Of a stretch of 49,681 nucleotides of DNA, positions 22,201 to 33,961 are shown piece after piece. A program made the translations under genes and the position numbers. Source of the DNA: Craspedostauros australis (lineage: Eukaryota); contig JALAGF010006047.1 of NCBI GenBank assembly GCA_030167865.1, positions 1 to 49,681 of the forward strand, given 5' to 3'. Each line of letters starts with the position of its first letter. Position 1 is the stretch's first letter. A model generated the notes under the pieces. It ran no database searches and was not told the DNA's origin. It saw nothing but the letters and a program-made list of their open reading frames with translations.

Positions 22201-23166
22201 TGATTTGCGGTGTGCCGATGGCTTGGCGACAACCACGGTGGACATCGTCTTGTTGCCTTGTTGGCTGGATAGTTCATTGATCCTGTTGACTTGTTGACTT
22301 GTTGCTTTGTTGCTTTGTTGACTTCATGGGTGGCGTGCTTTGTTTGAGCTGACGCAATTGTTCCTCGCGCCATTTCTGCTCCACTCTTTTGAGGATGCTC
22401 ATGCGTGCCACGCACCTGTGACTGTGACGGTGAAGGAGGTTTTGTCGCGCAGCTTTTTGTTCTGCCAGAAGCGGACCTGCTTCGCGTCAGGGGTTCTGTT
22501 CGTGTTGGTTTTGGCGTGTTTGGGGCTGTAGTCGAATTCTGGAGTTTTTCCGCCTCAGAAACAAACGATCTTTTTGCGGCTAGCTCCGAGTGATAATTGA
22601 TTGGGTGCGGAAAAATATAGCGTGGGCATGTTTCTGTCCGCGATGAACCCGCCTCCCTTCTCCGGGTCCCACGTAGACGGCCACTGCGACAAAACATGAC
22701 TGCCCGGAACCACGGAATGGCTGTCTTGCTTCTCGATTATGCGCCGCACAGACGAATACTGCACACAATCCCGTAAAAAACTCATTCACTGCGACCCGCT
22801 GTAGACTTCCCTACTGCGCCCACTGTTGTTCTTCGTGATACACGAGGGCGATGTGCAACCCAAACAACAATCCAACACACGCGCAATTTGAGCCATCAAA
22901 GATCGCTGTTGCGTGATGTCGTCGCGGAGAATGTGTAACAATTCGTTGCCGCCACGACGAGATCCACTTTCTGCGAATCTGTCACCATCAGCTTCATCCT
23001 CTCACAAAACTCAAAATCACAAAAAGCAGAAGCCAAAACAAAACCACACCAATAACACCAACACGCAACACACAATACACACAACCGAACCAAAGCTTTA
23101 CAGTTCCAGAACTCCACAAAACACAAACACACACCAACACGAACACACATCAACCAACAATCAACC

Positions 23167-24000
23167 ATGGTGTCCCCAAACAACAACCAGAACGTGCCAG
23201 CCCACTTCATCTGCCCTCTGACGAAGAAGGTCATGGAGGAGCCCATGATGAGCCGACACGGCGTCCACTTCGAGCGCGCTGCCATCCTCGACTGGCTCAG
23301 CGAGGGACGCATGTATTGCCCCGTCACGCACAAGCCGCTGCGCCCGTCCAACCTCATCTCCGACAAGTCGCTGCGCTTCATCATCCAGAACTGGCAGAGA
23401 GGCCAGGATTCTCCAGATCAGGAAGAGCAGGCTCAGCCGCAACCACGCGGCAGCAGCATGAGCGAGGCCGAGATGTCGCACATCATCTCCAGCGCGCAAA
23501 TCGCACTCCCCCCTGCCCACTTCATCTGCCCGCTCACGAAGAAGCCAATGAAGGACCCAGTCATGACGAAGACCGGCCAGAACTTCGAGCGCTCCGCCAT
23601 CCTCAAATGCCTGCAGGAGGAAGGGTACAGATGCCCAATCACCCGCAAGGAACTCAAGCCGAGCTCCGTCATCACCAACTCCAAGCTTTCCTGGGAGATC
23701 CAGCAATGGACCGTCAACCACGGCAACCCACTCGTCATGGATGCCAAGGAGGCAAAGAGCTCATCGTCCACACACAAGAAGACAACGCTCACATCGGCGG
23801 CAGTGTCAGGTTGCGGTGGCAAGATGCACATGAGTGCCCGAACCAACACAGCCCCATTGTATCACATCCTCAAATCCAAGACACCAGGCCACCTCGAGAG
23901 GGCCGGACTGCAGAAGCCAAACAAAGGAGAAGCGGCAGCGCTCGACAGCAACGATCTTTCCGACATCCTGGACGATGTCATGGCGGCCTTGGCCGTCTAG
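23167..24000 (+). CDS. Tandem U-box domain protein (putative E3 ligase), paralog 1
   Basis: Two U-boxes: PAHFICPLTKKVMEEPMMSRHGVHFERAAILDWL..CPVTHKPL and PAHFICPLTKKPMKDPVMTKTGQNFERSAI..CPITRKEL. CA-rich leader and ACCATGG start context. Confidence 0.92.
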   Translation: MVSPNNNQNVPAHFICPLTKKVMEEPMMSRHGVHFERAAILDWLSEGRMYCPVTHKPLRPSNLISDKSLRFIIQNWQRGQDSPDQEEQAQPQPRGSSMSEAEMSHIISSAQIALPPAHFICPLTKKPMKDPVMTKTGQNFERSAILKCLQEEGYRCPITRKELKPSSVITNSKLSWEIQQWTVNHGNPLVMDAKEAKSSSSTHKKTTLTSAAVSGCGGKMHMSARTNTAPLYHILKSKTPGHLERAGLQKPNKGEAAALDSNDLSDILDDVMAALAV

Positions 24001-27000
24001 AGAGTAAGACAAAGACAGCCCCACAATGCCCAGCCGCAGCACTGCTGTGTTTGTTTTGATGAGACACATAGACACTGATAGAACGAGAGAGAGGGAGGAA
24101 GGGAGAGAGAGCTGTACCATACGATATTATGCATTAAACATACACTAGAGACACCCACATACACACTTACCCAAAGCATGCCCTAGTTGAGTAGAGGCCT
24201 TCTGGAAAGGTACTTCTCTGCGCCACTGTATTGTTGCATTCTATCCACGCTGCTCTATTGCTTGCTCCATGGTTTCCCGCTCACGCACAGCTCGTGCCAA
24301 CGGGCACCATACACACAAATAGTTGGATCGATACAGGCAGGAAGAAGACTGGGATGACATCCCTGACACCTAAAGGGTCCGAAGAACGGCTCTTCTGATG
24401 CGCGGTGAAATCCTGGATGCAGATAGATACAGCGCAGATTCGCAGATGGGCGAAGCAGTTGACACCATGACACCAAAACGTTCCATGGTAATCTTCTTTC
24501 GTCACCCCATCCCGCATCATTTCACCTCACCTCTGGATGTTGACCGCGAGACGAACCATCCCTTGACGACAACGAGAAGCTCAAGTTCGTTGGGATGTTA
24601 AAGCTGCGCACAGCACTCGCACGAGCTATGGTACCAGACGAGGACTCGCACGTATAATAGTTGTATCCAAGGCTGCAAATGCGCGGCAACCACCATCATC
24701 GCTACCATCACGCAACAACGATCAGAAGGCCAACGAGAAGGCTGACAAAGGGATGATGGGAGGCCTTGGACGTCGGCATGTCAGGACACATCGGAACAGA
24801 ACGCTTTCCTCGTCCGCTCAGTGGTCGTGATCTGTGTTTCTCTGTTTCCTCTCTCTCCCTCACTGGCTCTCCTCCAATGGATGGCCGACATGTTCGCACA
24901 TTCATCCACCAACGACTTGGTCCTGTTGTCGCAATGATGAAATGCACGAACGAGAACACGATGCGGTAGGTTTCCCATTCGGATTAGGACAAGTGCATGT
25001 CATGTACCAGCGCCAAACAAGTGGAGGATCGCATTGCGGAACAGTCGATCCCTTCACTGGATGATAGACAAACAAACCTCATGGGGTTCTGGAAAAGAGG
25101 AACAGTGCCCGCTTGGCGCAGGGACAACACACGTAGTTGATGGAACACAGATCACGTCGCAATTCTGCAGGCTCTGTCTAGACAAAAAAGCCATAGCGAA
25201 GGCGACCGAATGGAGGCTTGTCGTCATTGTGGATCATTCATCCTGCACCTTGTGCGCCACCAGCCACGACAAGTACTAGCTGCGGATGCAGAAATTGTTC
25301 CGTATCCTTCGGGTATCATGTCCCTGTGGGACAACTTTTCTACGACCGATGCGATAGCATGGTCCTTTGTTCGTAGCCTGAAAAGATACGAAATGGATGA
25401 GAAAGGTTGGCGATTCGGCAGCAACGGAACAAGTTGATCGCCAGCCACGCGGGTGCCCGTATCTCGAGCAGAAATGGAACAGTCGGAATCATCTGAATGG
25501 GATAGATTGGATTCGAGCACAACCATTCGTACGTATTCTACCCCCGGATGAGAGGCCGAGCAGAGTATGGAAGAGAGAGTGAGAGAGTGGGATCAAGTTG
25601 ATGCAAGAGGGTGACATCGAAGCCTTGCTCTGCTCGTATCGAACTTCTCGTGTCATGAATGTGTGTGCTGATGATTGTACCAAACTTTGGTGGTGAGGTA
25701 ACGGAGCACTCTGCGCACAAGGCTCCTGAAACGCGTTACAATCCCAACATCGTGTTGGAATTCGTCTTCCTGGCTGCTTGTGCTCCATTGCTCTTGCGTC
25801 CCAGTGTGGAGGCTTTCTTGTGTTGTGCCGAGCCTCGCGAGATGTCAACAATGTGAAGGTGTTTGGATCCCGAGACCAAAGCCAACGTCACGAGGATGTG
25901 GCTTCACGAATACCGCAAGTAAATGTTGCTGTGCCACGCAACGAGGAACAACGCGTGAGGCTGTAATCTTGATCTTGATCCGCTTTCGCCAGGTACGGAA
26001 CCGTGGATGCTTTTGCAGTGTGGGGCAATGGTGTTGGTCGAATGTCATGGATCTTCGCCGTTCCGTACCTCGAACAATCATGGACAGTTCATAGAACCCG
26101 AGTATAGTGCCATACGTTACGGTATGTATGCACCCGCATGAGTACAGAGAGAGAAGGATTGTACTGCATGAGGGTAGCATGATACCCAGTGTGTGGGCAT
26201 GTACTCGTAGCTTGTAAGCCACCAACACGGACAACAACACTGACTCCACTCATGCCATCCGCTGGCGGAGTGCGCAAAAGTCGTGGAGTACCTACACATA
26301 CTCGTACGAGTACCAATGGAATGAGTTCAACACGTTGAGGTCATCTCAACAAAGAATGCCGGTTTGGGAACCAAGGAACATGTCGGTGTATGTGCATGCA
26401 GAGTAAAGTGGCGAGGGTGGTGGTTCCTCCATACAGGATTGTGTTGGAACCGGTGCAACTATCGAGACCGTTGTGAGCTTTTCTATTGCATGAGGCAGCA
26501 ACTTGTCTGTTCTTCTCCACACTTTCAGATCCGACGGCACCAACGGCAGCACGGTTAAGATGATGCAAGAAGGAACAGAATGCACCCCTTCTTCGAGAAT
26601 GCAGTATCGTGATCAGAGAATCGCTCCGCGCGTTGGCAGGATCGGTGATGGCACACAAGAGGGAAGAGGAAGGAAGGAAAGTTTCATCCATTTCTGTCCC
26701 AAGTTCCTTTCCTTGGTTACGGATACGTGCCCGCGCGCCCTGGGACGGTTTGGTCCGCAATTCCACCAGCCAACGTTCTTCGCAGAGGTCAGATAACTGT
26801 GCGGTGCGTCGGTGAGGATAAGCAGTCGTATAGTGCATACTCTAACTCGTACTATTGCAAACCAATCAAACAACAATAGGACGGACGATGTTGGAGGAAG
26901 AAGGCTGCGATGTTGGTGTTGATGATGACCAAGGGAGGCATCGGCACAAAATGTGCGGTGTGGCACGCTACGATACGCCATCGCATCTTCGGTTCGGGTT

Positions 27001-28134
27001 ACCGCGTCTTCTCTTGCTCCACGAACTACTCCCTCCACTCGCAAGTGCTCGTCCGGATCCAAGAACTAGAGAAATAATGGCACCTGAGTGAACTATCCAC
27101 ATCTGCTCTACTGCTACTACATGCAAGATCATCTTATCCAGCTGCAGACGAGCTACTTGTTGACAGCATTCTGCAGGCTCTACCAAGCTCGACCTCGAAC
27201 GTGCTCCAGGCCTTTCCAATTCAATGTTGGACTTGAAGTAATCTGCTTATCTTGGCCACATTCCTACACGCTCTTCATAATTTGCTCTTCGGGAGGGGCC
27301 TTCCTTGCGGTCCCGAGAATGCCAGACACGTGATCCATCATTGAATCTTCAAAATGCGCAACGCGAGCCAAGGTACTTGTACCGCGGTAGCTCGTGGCTC
27401 TCTGGAGTGCGGCACTCTACTCGCGCTGTCTCCGCCACGGGAGTGCATGGAAAATGTACGCGCAACACTGTACGTCTTTGCAATTGGTATGGTGGAGGCG
27501 TTGTGTCCGACTCCAGAGGAATAGAACGCTCCCCTTGGCAGAGGCAGATTCTTCACCCGTACTTGCCGGCGGATAATCGTACGGATGAGCAGAGGCGACG
27601 AACTCCCGGAAGTGGAAGGATATTTCCTCCTTGGCGCCAGCGTTGAAAATGTGAGCACTTGAATGTCGGAGAATTCATGGATGTGTTCAATGACTCCGGC
27701 AATTCGAGGACTTTTCACTTCCCCGAACGATAAAGTCTCACCTCTCGCCTGTTCTGCGCGAATGCTTCGCAATACCGCGAAGGGGCTGCTGCGCGTGATG
27801 TCGACGTCGCGGGCCATCCACGCACCAACCAAACCAGCGCACAGCGTGACAGACTTGTTCCACCAACAACAAAAAGGGCGGAGTTCGTTCAAACGAAGTC
27901 CCTTGGGTTTCCGCCACTGCGCGCAGACAACCGCGTTGCCGCGAGGGGCTGCGCCCTTCTTGCGCTTGTCGTCAGCAACAAAACCGCTCGATTCTGAAAC
28001 AGACTCCTTCCTCACACAAAATTGCAACTGCGACAATCAAAACCAAACACACACACAAACACACAAAAAGCAAACCTCACACTTCGACAACGAACAAGAA
28101 CAACAGCATACCCTGCACACACCACACTCTCACC

Positions 28135-29202
28135 ATGCCATCCTCCATCAAGCAAACGCAAACACAGACGCCAAGCCAGTTCATCTGCGCTCTGACCAAC
28201 AAGATCATGAAGGAGCCCATGCTGAGCCGCTACGGACACCACTACGAGCGAACTGCCATCGTGGAATACCTGAATGAGGGCAACACCATCTGCCCCATGA
28301 CCCAGCAGCCGCTTCGTCCATCGCAGCTCATCACAGACAAGAACCTCAAGACCCGCATCCAGACATGGCGCAAGCTGCAGAAGGAACCGTCGCAAGCAGC
28401 GCAGGCTGAGAACCCGGCCGTCAGCGAGGAAGAGAAGGACGGCGAGAACGACAGCCTGCCTGCATCCAACATCCAGGTGATCGCTCACTGCGCCATTCCT
28501 CCAGCCCACTTCATCTGCCCGCTCACCGGACAGGTGATGAAGGACCCCGTCATGGCCAAGACCGGCGTCAACTACGAACGCGCTGCCATCCTGAACCACC
28601 TCCGAAAGAACCAGGAGTACAAGTGCCCCATCACCGGCCGCAACCTCACGCCATCCAACCTCGTTGCCAACGTCTGCCTGCATTACGAGATCCAGCAGTG
28701 GCACATGGCACCCGAGGAGGACCTCTCCCCCGTCTCGCACGAGCAGCCGCTCGAGATCGTGACCAAGAACTCAAGCAAGGAGCAGGTGGACAGCTTGGCC
28801 TGGGGGTACTTCTCCGTCGGCGACCTGCTCGAGGAGGACAGACTCGACAACGACGAGAATGTCGACGAAGATGTCAGCAGAAGCGAAGACGTTGTGGGCG
28901 CTGTGGTTGTCACCACCAAGGCGCAAAAGGAGCCTCTGGCACCAGGCGCCATTCCAACCCTCATGTTCAAGTCGCTCAAGACGGACGCCACCAACTACAT
29001 GGCATCCTACCACAAGACGAGCGGCACCGCGCGCGACCTCATGCCGGAGATGACTATCACCATGGACAACGTGGCATCCGCAGCTGCAGCTGCAACAACC
29101 AGATCATCATCCGCCACATCCAACAAGGGCGTGGGCCAGGCGCAGAACAAGGAGCAGCTGGTCGACGTCCTCGACAACGTTATCGGCATCCTGGGCTGCT
29201 GA
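28135..29202 (+). CDS. Tandem U-box domain protein, paralog 2
   Basis: Two U-boxes: PSQFICALTNKIMKEPMLSRYGHHYERTAI..CPMTQQPL and PAHFICPLTGQVMKDPVMAKTGVNYERAAI..CPITGRNL. Confidence 0.92.
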   Translation: MPSSIKQTQTQTPSQFICALTNKIMKEPMLSRYGHHYERTAIVEYLNEGNTICPMTQQPLRPSQLITDKNLKTRIQTWRKLQKEPSQAAQAENPAVSEEEKDGENDSLPASNIQVIAHCAIPPAHFICPLTGQVMKDPVMAKTGVNYERAAILNHLRKNQEYKCPITGRNLTPSNLVANVCLHYEIQQWHMAPEEDLSPVSHEQPLEIVTKNSSKEQVDSLAWGYFSVGDLLEEDRLDNDENVDEDVSRSEDVVGAVVVTTKAQKEPLAPGAIPTLMFKSLKTDATNYMASYHKTSGTARDLMPEMTITMDNVASAAAAATTRSSSATSNKGVGQAQNKEQLVDVLDNVIGILGC

Positions 29203-30460
29203 GCGTCACTTGGATGCAACGCGGCACAACACGCGCGGAACCACACCGACAACAATGATAGAAGAGTACATAGGAAAGTTTCCGAATAGAGAGACAACAT
29301 GCATCCAACGGGGAACGGAAGCTGCGACAGAAACCTCAGCAGGGTCGCGAGCGTTGTACCCAGCGTAACCGTATGCATCGCATATAGAATGATTAACAGT
29401 TAAGCCACAATCACCATTGATCTTCTGTCTGTAGTGGCGCCAAGTGAGTGGAGTGCCTCGTTCTGCTTTCCTCTATCGCATCAACTTTCGCATTCGATGC
29501 TCACTGCTTCACGACAGAGACGACATCTATCAGCGGGAGAAGCGTGCGTCCCCAGTTCTTTCTGTCTTCTCTCTCATGCGCTTGTGTTAGCACTTGCGCT
29601 TGTACCTGTGCCCAGAGGTTTGTGTACTTGCGCATACGCTCTGCATTCTGTGCTTCCAGAAGCGCGTGACGTTTTTCTTCTGGAGGAGATGTGTCCGTTA
29701 ATTTTGTTGTCTCTTGTATGCGGGACCGAGACTACACGATTTAGAATAGATGAATCGCATGCCGCCAAACGCGATCGCGCTGTGTCCATTCTGAGAACAA
29801 AAACAGCGTCAGCCCCCTTGGTGAAAAACCACGATCTGTTGGCGAATAGAATTATTGCCTCCAACCACTCGCGAAGAATTTGGTGTCAGCATCCAGCGCA
29901 GCGAATTGCACGACCAACTCCACGATCGTGGAAGGGTCACAACATCAGATGCGAGCAGCTCGTATTGGTAGTTGGGAGCATTACCACCAAGGCCATCATC
30001 GTCGTCGTCATCGTCATCGTTATCATCGTCGCTATCCTCCTGAGCTTGGTTCGGTCAGACCCGCAAACAAGGAGAAGCCAAGCGGACAGAGAAAGGCGCC
30101 ACTCGCAGGCATACCATACTTCCGACCTGCGATACATCACATCACAGGAGAAGCGCTTTGCCCTTTCAACTCGCTTCTTGTGTCGATTGATGGATGGATC
30201 AGAACAACGTGAGCGAACAGCATCGGTCTCCCACCAACTCAGTCAGTCGGCATCCATTCAACGCAGCTGCTCGACGCTGTCTCTCTGGAGAGAGAGAGAG
30301 AACTCTGTATCCTCGTACATTGCGCATATCAGGTACATTGCACACATCATATACATCATATACATCACAGCCAGTAGAGTATATTGTATTACATATGACA
30401 GAATAGTATTCTAGTCTATAATAGTATCACACACAGCTCCAGGGAAAAGCAGAGACAACC

Positions 30461-31993
30461 ATGAAGAGATCCTGCTGGAACGAGATCAAATGCATGGGCG
30501 ATGACAGAAACATCGACAATCGCAATGGCATGATGGGGCCAATGAGCACCGTGTCTGCGGACCCCGTCGGATCATCGATTATGCCCGACGGCGCTTCCGC
30601 TCTCAGCGTCCCGTACAAGCCGCTCAAGGTCGACAGCGGTCTCGATCGTGCCAGGGTTGCTGGTGCCGATGGTGTTCCCAATACGAGTACAAAGGCCACC
30701 GTGTCTCCGGAAGACATCATCGCTGGCGAATTCAACCTCCTCACCTTGAACGAACGAGAGGATGTGTACGAGGAGATCCACGGCGTCAGGAAGCAGCAGG
30801 AGGAGTCCTCCGCCTTCATCCAGGAATGCCTCGCGAAGATGGACCGCGAGCTCAAGAAGCTGGCCAAGACCCACATGGCGTACAGCCGCGCGCTCTTCCT
30901 CAACCGACGCTACGTCAAGGACGTGGCCTTCGAGCTCATGTTCCTGCGCAGCGATTCCTACGATGCCGTCAAGGCGGCCAAGCGCATGGTCTTGCACTTC
31001 GACAAGAAGCTCGAGCTCTTCGGTCACGAGAAGCTCACCAAGGACATCCGATGGAGCGACCTGGACGAGGAGACCGTCCATTCGTTGCAATCCGGCCTGC
31101 ACTGTTTCTACAGCCCCATCAAGGATTCGGTCGGCAGGATCCTCAGCGTCCAATCCTACACAGCCAAGGCCACGAACCCGCTCAGCATCAGCCACGCCAA
31201 GTCCGCATGGTACCGTTTCATGGCGGCCTTGACGGGCGATGAGCAAACGCAGAAGAATGGGGTCGTGGCGGTGGCCTTCTCGCACGGTGCCAGCGTCCAG
31301 GATATCATCGAGGGCCTCAAGTTCCACGGCCAGAAGCTGTGGATCAGCGAGGCGCTGCCGTTCCGCGTAGAAGGCATCCACGTCTGCATGCAGAGCGAGG
31401 TCCTGCGTCCCTTCTTCTCCACTGCCATGAGCTTCAGCCCCACCGAGTTCCGCCTGCGCACCAAGCTGCATTACGGATCGCATTTGGAATGCATGTACGA
31501 GCTGGCCACGTTCGGCATACCCATCGCCAAGATACCCGTCTCGTCGGATGGTTCCTTCCGCCTCAACGTCCTCAACGCGTGCCTGCAGCAGCTGTACGCC
31601 GAGCACGATCGGTTGGACAGCGTCGACAGCATCCTCACGAAAGATAAGGTCACGGAAATTAGCGAGCGCGACGTCCTCCTGGGCCGGGGTCTGCCATTCC
31701 AGTCCTTCCCCGGCACGGTCGCCATGACGCAGATCATCAAAGAGCTCAAGGCAGCGCATGATGGATGCGACCGCGCGGAGAAGTACGGCATTTCCGAGCA
31801 GGTCGTGCAACGCGTGCGCGGATCGGGTGGTCGATTCCTCACGCGCTGCAACACGACGCATCGGTGGACGCAGGTCTCGGACCATCAGGCGCGAGAGCGC
31901 GTCGCCATGGGCTTTCGCAATCTGACGCGTCGGCGCAAGGCGAAGAAAATGAAAGCGGGTGCGGATTCGGATTCCAACGATGGCGGTGGGTGA
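30461..31993 (+). CDS. Diatom-type protein with CRAL-TRIO-like region and C-terminal DUF6824-like domain
   Basis: EREDVYEEIHGV, FELMFLRSDSYDAVKAAKRM, KLELFG, TQKNGVV, LPFRVEGIHVC, HYGSHLECMYELATFGIP. The C-terminus has DVLLGRG...GGRFL...W..VSD..ARERVAMGFR. Confidence 0.8.
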   Translation: MKRSCWNEIKCMGDDRNIDNRNGMMGPMSTVSADPVGSSIMPDGASALSVPYKPLKVDSGLDRARVAGADGVPNTSTKATVSPEDIIAGEFNLLTLNEREDVYEEIHGVRKQQEESSAFIQECLAKMDRELKKLAKTHMAYSRALFLNRRYVKDVAFELMFLRSDSYDAVKAAKRMVLHFDKKLELFGHEKLTKDIRWSDLDEETVHSLQSGLHCFYSPIKDSVGRILSVQSYTAKATNPLSISHAKSAWYRFMAALTGDEQTQKNGVVAVAFSHGASVQDIIEGLKFHGQKLWISEALPFRVEGIHVCMQSEVLRPFFSTAMSFSPTEFRLRTKLHYGSHLECMYELATFGIPIAKIPVSSDGSFRLNVLNACLQQLYAEHDRLDSVDSILTKDKVTEISERDVLLGRGLPFQSFPGTVAMTQIIKELKAAHDGCDRAEKYGISEQVVQRVRGSGGRFLTRCNTTHRWTQVSDHQARERVAMGFRNLTRRRKAKKMKAGADSDSNDGGG

Positions 31994-32401
31994 ATTGGGG
32001 GATGTTTTATGTGATGGGTGCATGTAATTCGCAAGGCCGTTGGCGTATGGCACAGCGGCGATCAATGGAGAAGCAACGCGGGTCCAACAAGCATGGTGCT
32101 CTACTGATCAGGGTCATTGCCATTGCCATTGGTTCCAGCAAGCACAACCGAGAATTCCAGGCGCTGTGGCACGACTGTGAGTACTCGTTAGAAGCCGTCA
32201 GCAGTCGTCAGAAGAAGCATCACGATGGACGTGAATTGCCCACGGTGGCGCATGGTACGAAGGCGTGCACCATGATACTCTCAAGTATTCTATTTTCACT
32301 ACTACCGTCAATCTTTCTCATTGAGAAAAGTAGTAAACGCTCGTTTGCAGTCCTCATGCAGCTATACAGCAGCCCAACGCACTGCCATGCCATGCTGAGT
32401 T

Positions 32402-33466
32402 CTACTTTAGTTGTTGCTGCTGCTGTGCTGCATCAATAGTTTCGTTTCCTTCCACTTCCACATCCGCTAATTCGTCTGCAGCCTCTTGCTCCAAAACCGC
32501 CTGCACGTACGGATTGCGATCCGGCCGCTGGATCGTGATGAAGTCCATCTTAGACCTCGCCTTGAGATGCGTCCGTCGCAGCACCTGATCATCGCGCGAC
32601 AGGAGGATGTCGACGTCCTTCTGCGTGCGCGGGTTGGCGTCGTAGTAGATGGAGAAGAAGCGGCCCTTGTCGAAGGCGCGCTGTCCCGTCACGAAATCCG
32701 GGTACTTGGCCTTGTACTTTTGCGGGAATTGCCGGATGCCATGATTCTGGACGCTGCGCACGATCCCGCCACCCTCAACCACCGTGTGGGCCACTTGCTT
32801 GACGAGCGACGTCAGGGCATTGAAATCTGCGGTCATGAATGGGATGGGATGAGATGGTCGTGACGCGGTTTGGTGCGTTGTGTCGTGTCGATTGTGGCAT
32901 CGGTCGCATTTGATCATGTATGCGAGTTCGATTGTTTCATTGATTGGATTGCGCCACAGGATCCACAGAGCAGATGGATGTTGCAATGGATACGCGCAGA
33001 TATGCATAGTATTATAGAATATGATAATATGCCATCACAGCTCATCCATGCGATCATTGTGCACAGAGCAGTGAGGATGGTTGATGTGAACGGCCAAGAA
33101 TGCGTACCGTCCAAATACCAATCAGCGTGGACATTGATTGGAATACAAGATGTTGTGAGTTGCATAAGATGATGCTACATTGGCCTGATGGCGAGAAACA
33201 CGGTACAGATATCACATGGGAACAATATCCCCTTGCAATGAATCGCGCTCTTCCACGCCTGTGAATCGATGAAACCTGCGATGGTGGCTGCTTGCAGCTA
33301 TCGCAGATGGATTCTTGCAGGTGGGTGTACGCGTACGCAAAGCACAGCTCTACTCTTCGGCTCGTCCCCCAGGCAACCAATCCCTGCATTTGGCCCAAAA
33401 CAAGACGCAGCAACTTCACGTACGTGCCGTATTCTTCGTTGTGATCAGGCACTCGTAGAACACCAT
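32402..33466 (-). CDS. rps6: Ribosomal protein bS6, probably mitochondrial (2 exons)
   Basis: Exon 1 is 33466-33424 (MVFYECLITTKNTA). Intron GTACGT...GCAG spans 33423-32827. Exon 2 is 32826-32402 (HFNALTSLVKQVAHTVVEGGGIVRSVQNHGIR...GRFFSIYYDANP...DDQVLR), a typical bS6 pattern. Confidence 0.85.
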
Positions 33467-33961
33467 GTTGGAAAGGGAGATCTGTTGCGAAAGGTGGAGG
33501 GCTGGGTGGTATTGTACGACCTACGAGTATGATCAGCCGATGTCGATGACTGCTGGTGAAGATGATGGCGATGGAAGGTTGTGATGCGTGATGTGTGCGA
33601 TGTGCGACGGCAACGCAGAATCCCATTGTCGTGCAGAAAAAGGCAAGACGAGAACTGCCGTTCTGTGTTGTGGTTTGATGCGATCCGTACAAAGGCCAGA
33701 CGGAGGCGCAAAACATCACCTCGTTACTTGTTCTCTAGCTCCATTGGGCATACTACTGTCAGGGTGGCGTGGTGCCTCGTACGTAGGCGAGATGCCATGC
33801 GGTCTGTTTGCGGAGTGATGCCACGGGCAGTGCCGAAATGAGCTACCTATTCTCTCCAGAGGGTTCTTGTATCTCTACTAGAATAGTATTCCTATTCATC
33901 GTGTTCCTCTGTTTGGTTACCATTCCACCGCGCTGTATTGTACGACGCTGTTAGCCATGCT

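Noticed and set aside
21921..22697. 258-aa ORF and other ORFs in 19-23 kb, 24-28 kb, 29.4-30.4 kb and 45.4-49 kb
   Set aside because: They have no domain-like content, often use non-ATG starts, and have composition typical of non-coding sequence.
13031..32065. Long antisense ORFs (13031..14113, 15635..16645, 28012..28740, 30572..32065)
   Set aside because: They are shadows of GC3-rich sense genes that have clear domains, and they show no protein motifs of their own.
32827..33423. Intronic snoRNA in rpS6
   Set aside because: No convincing C/D box pair with a terminal stem was found on the sense strand.
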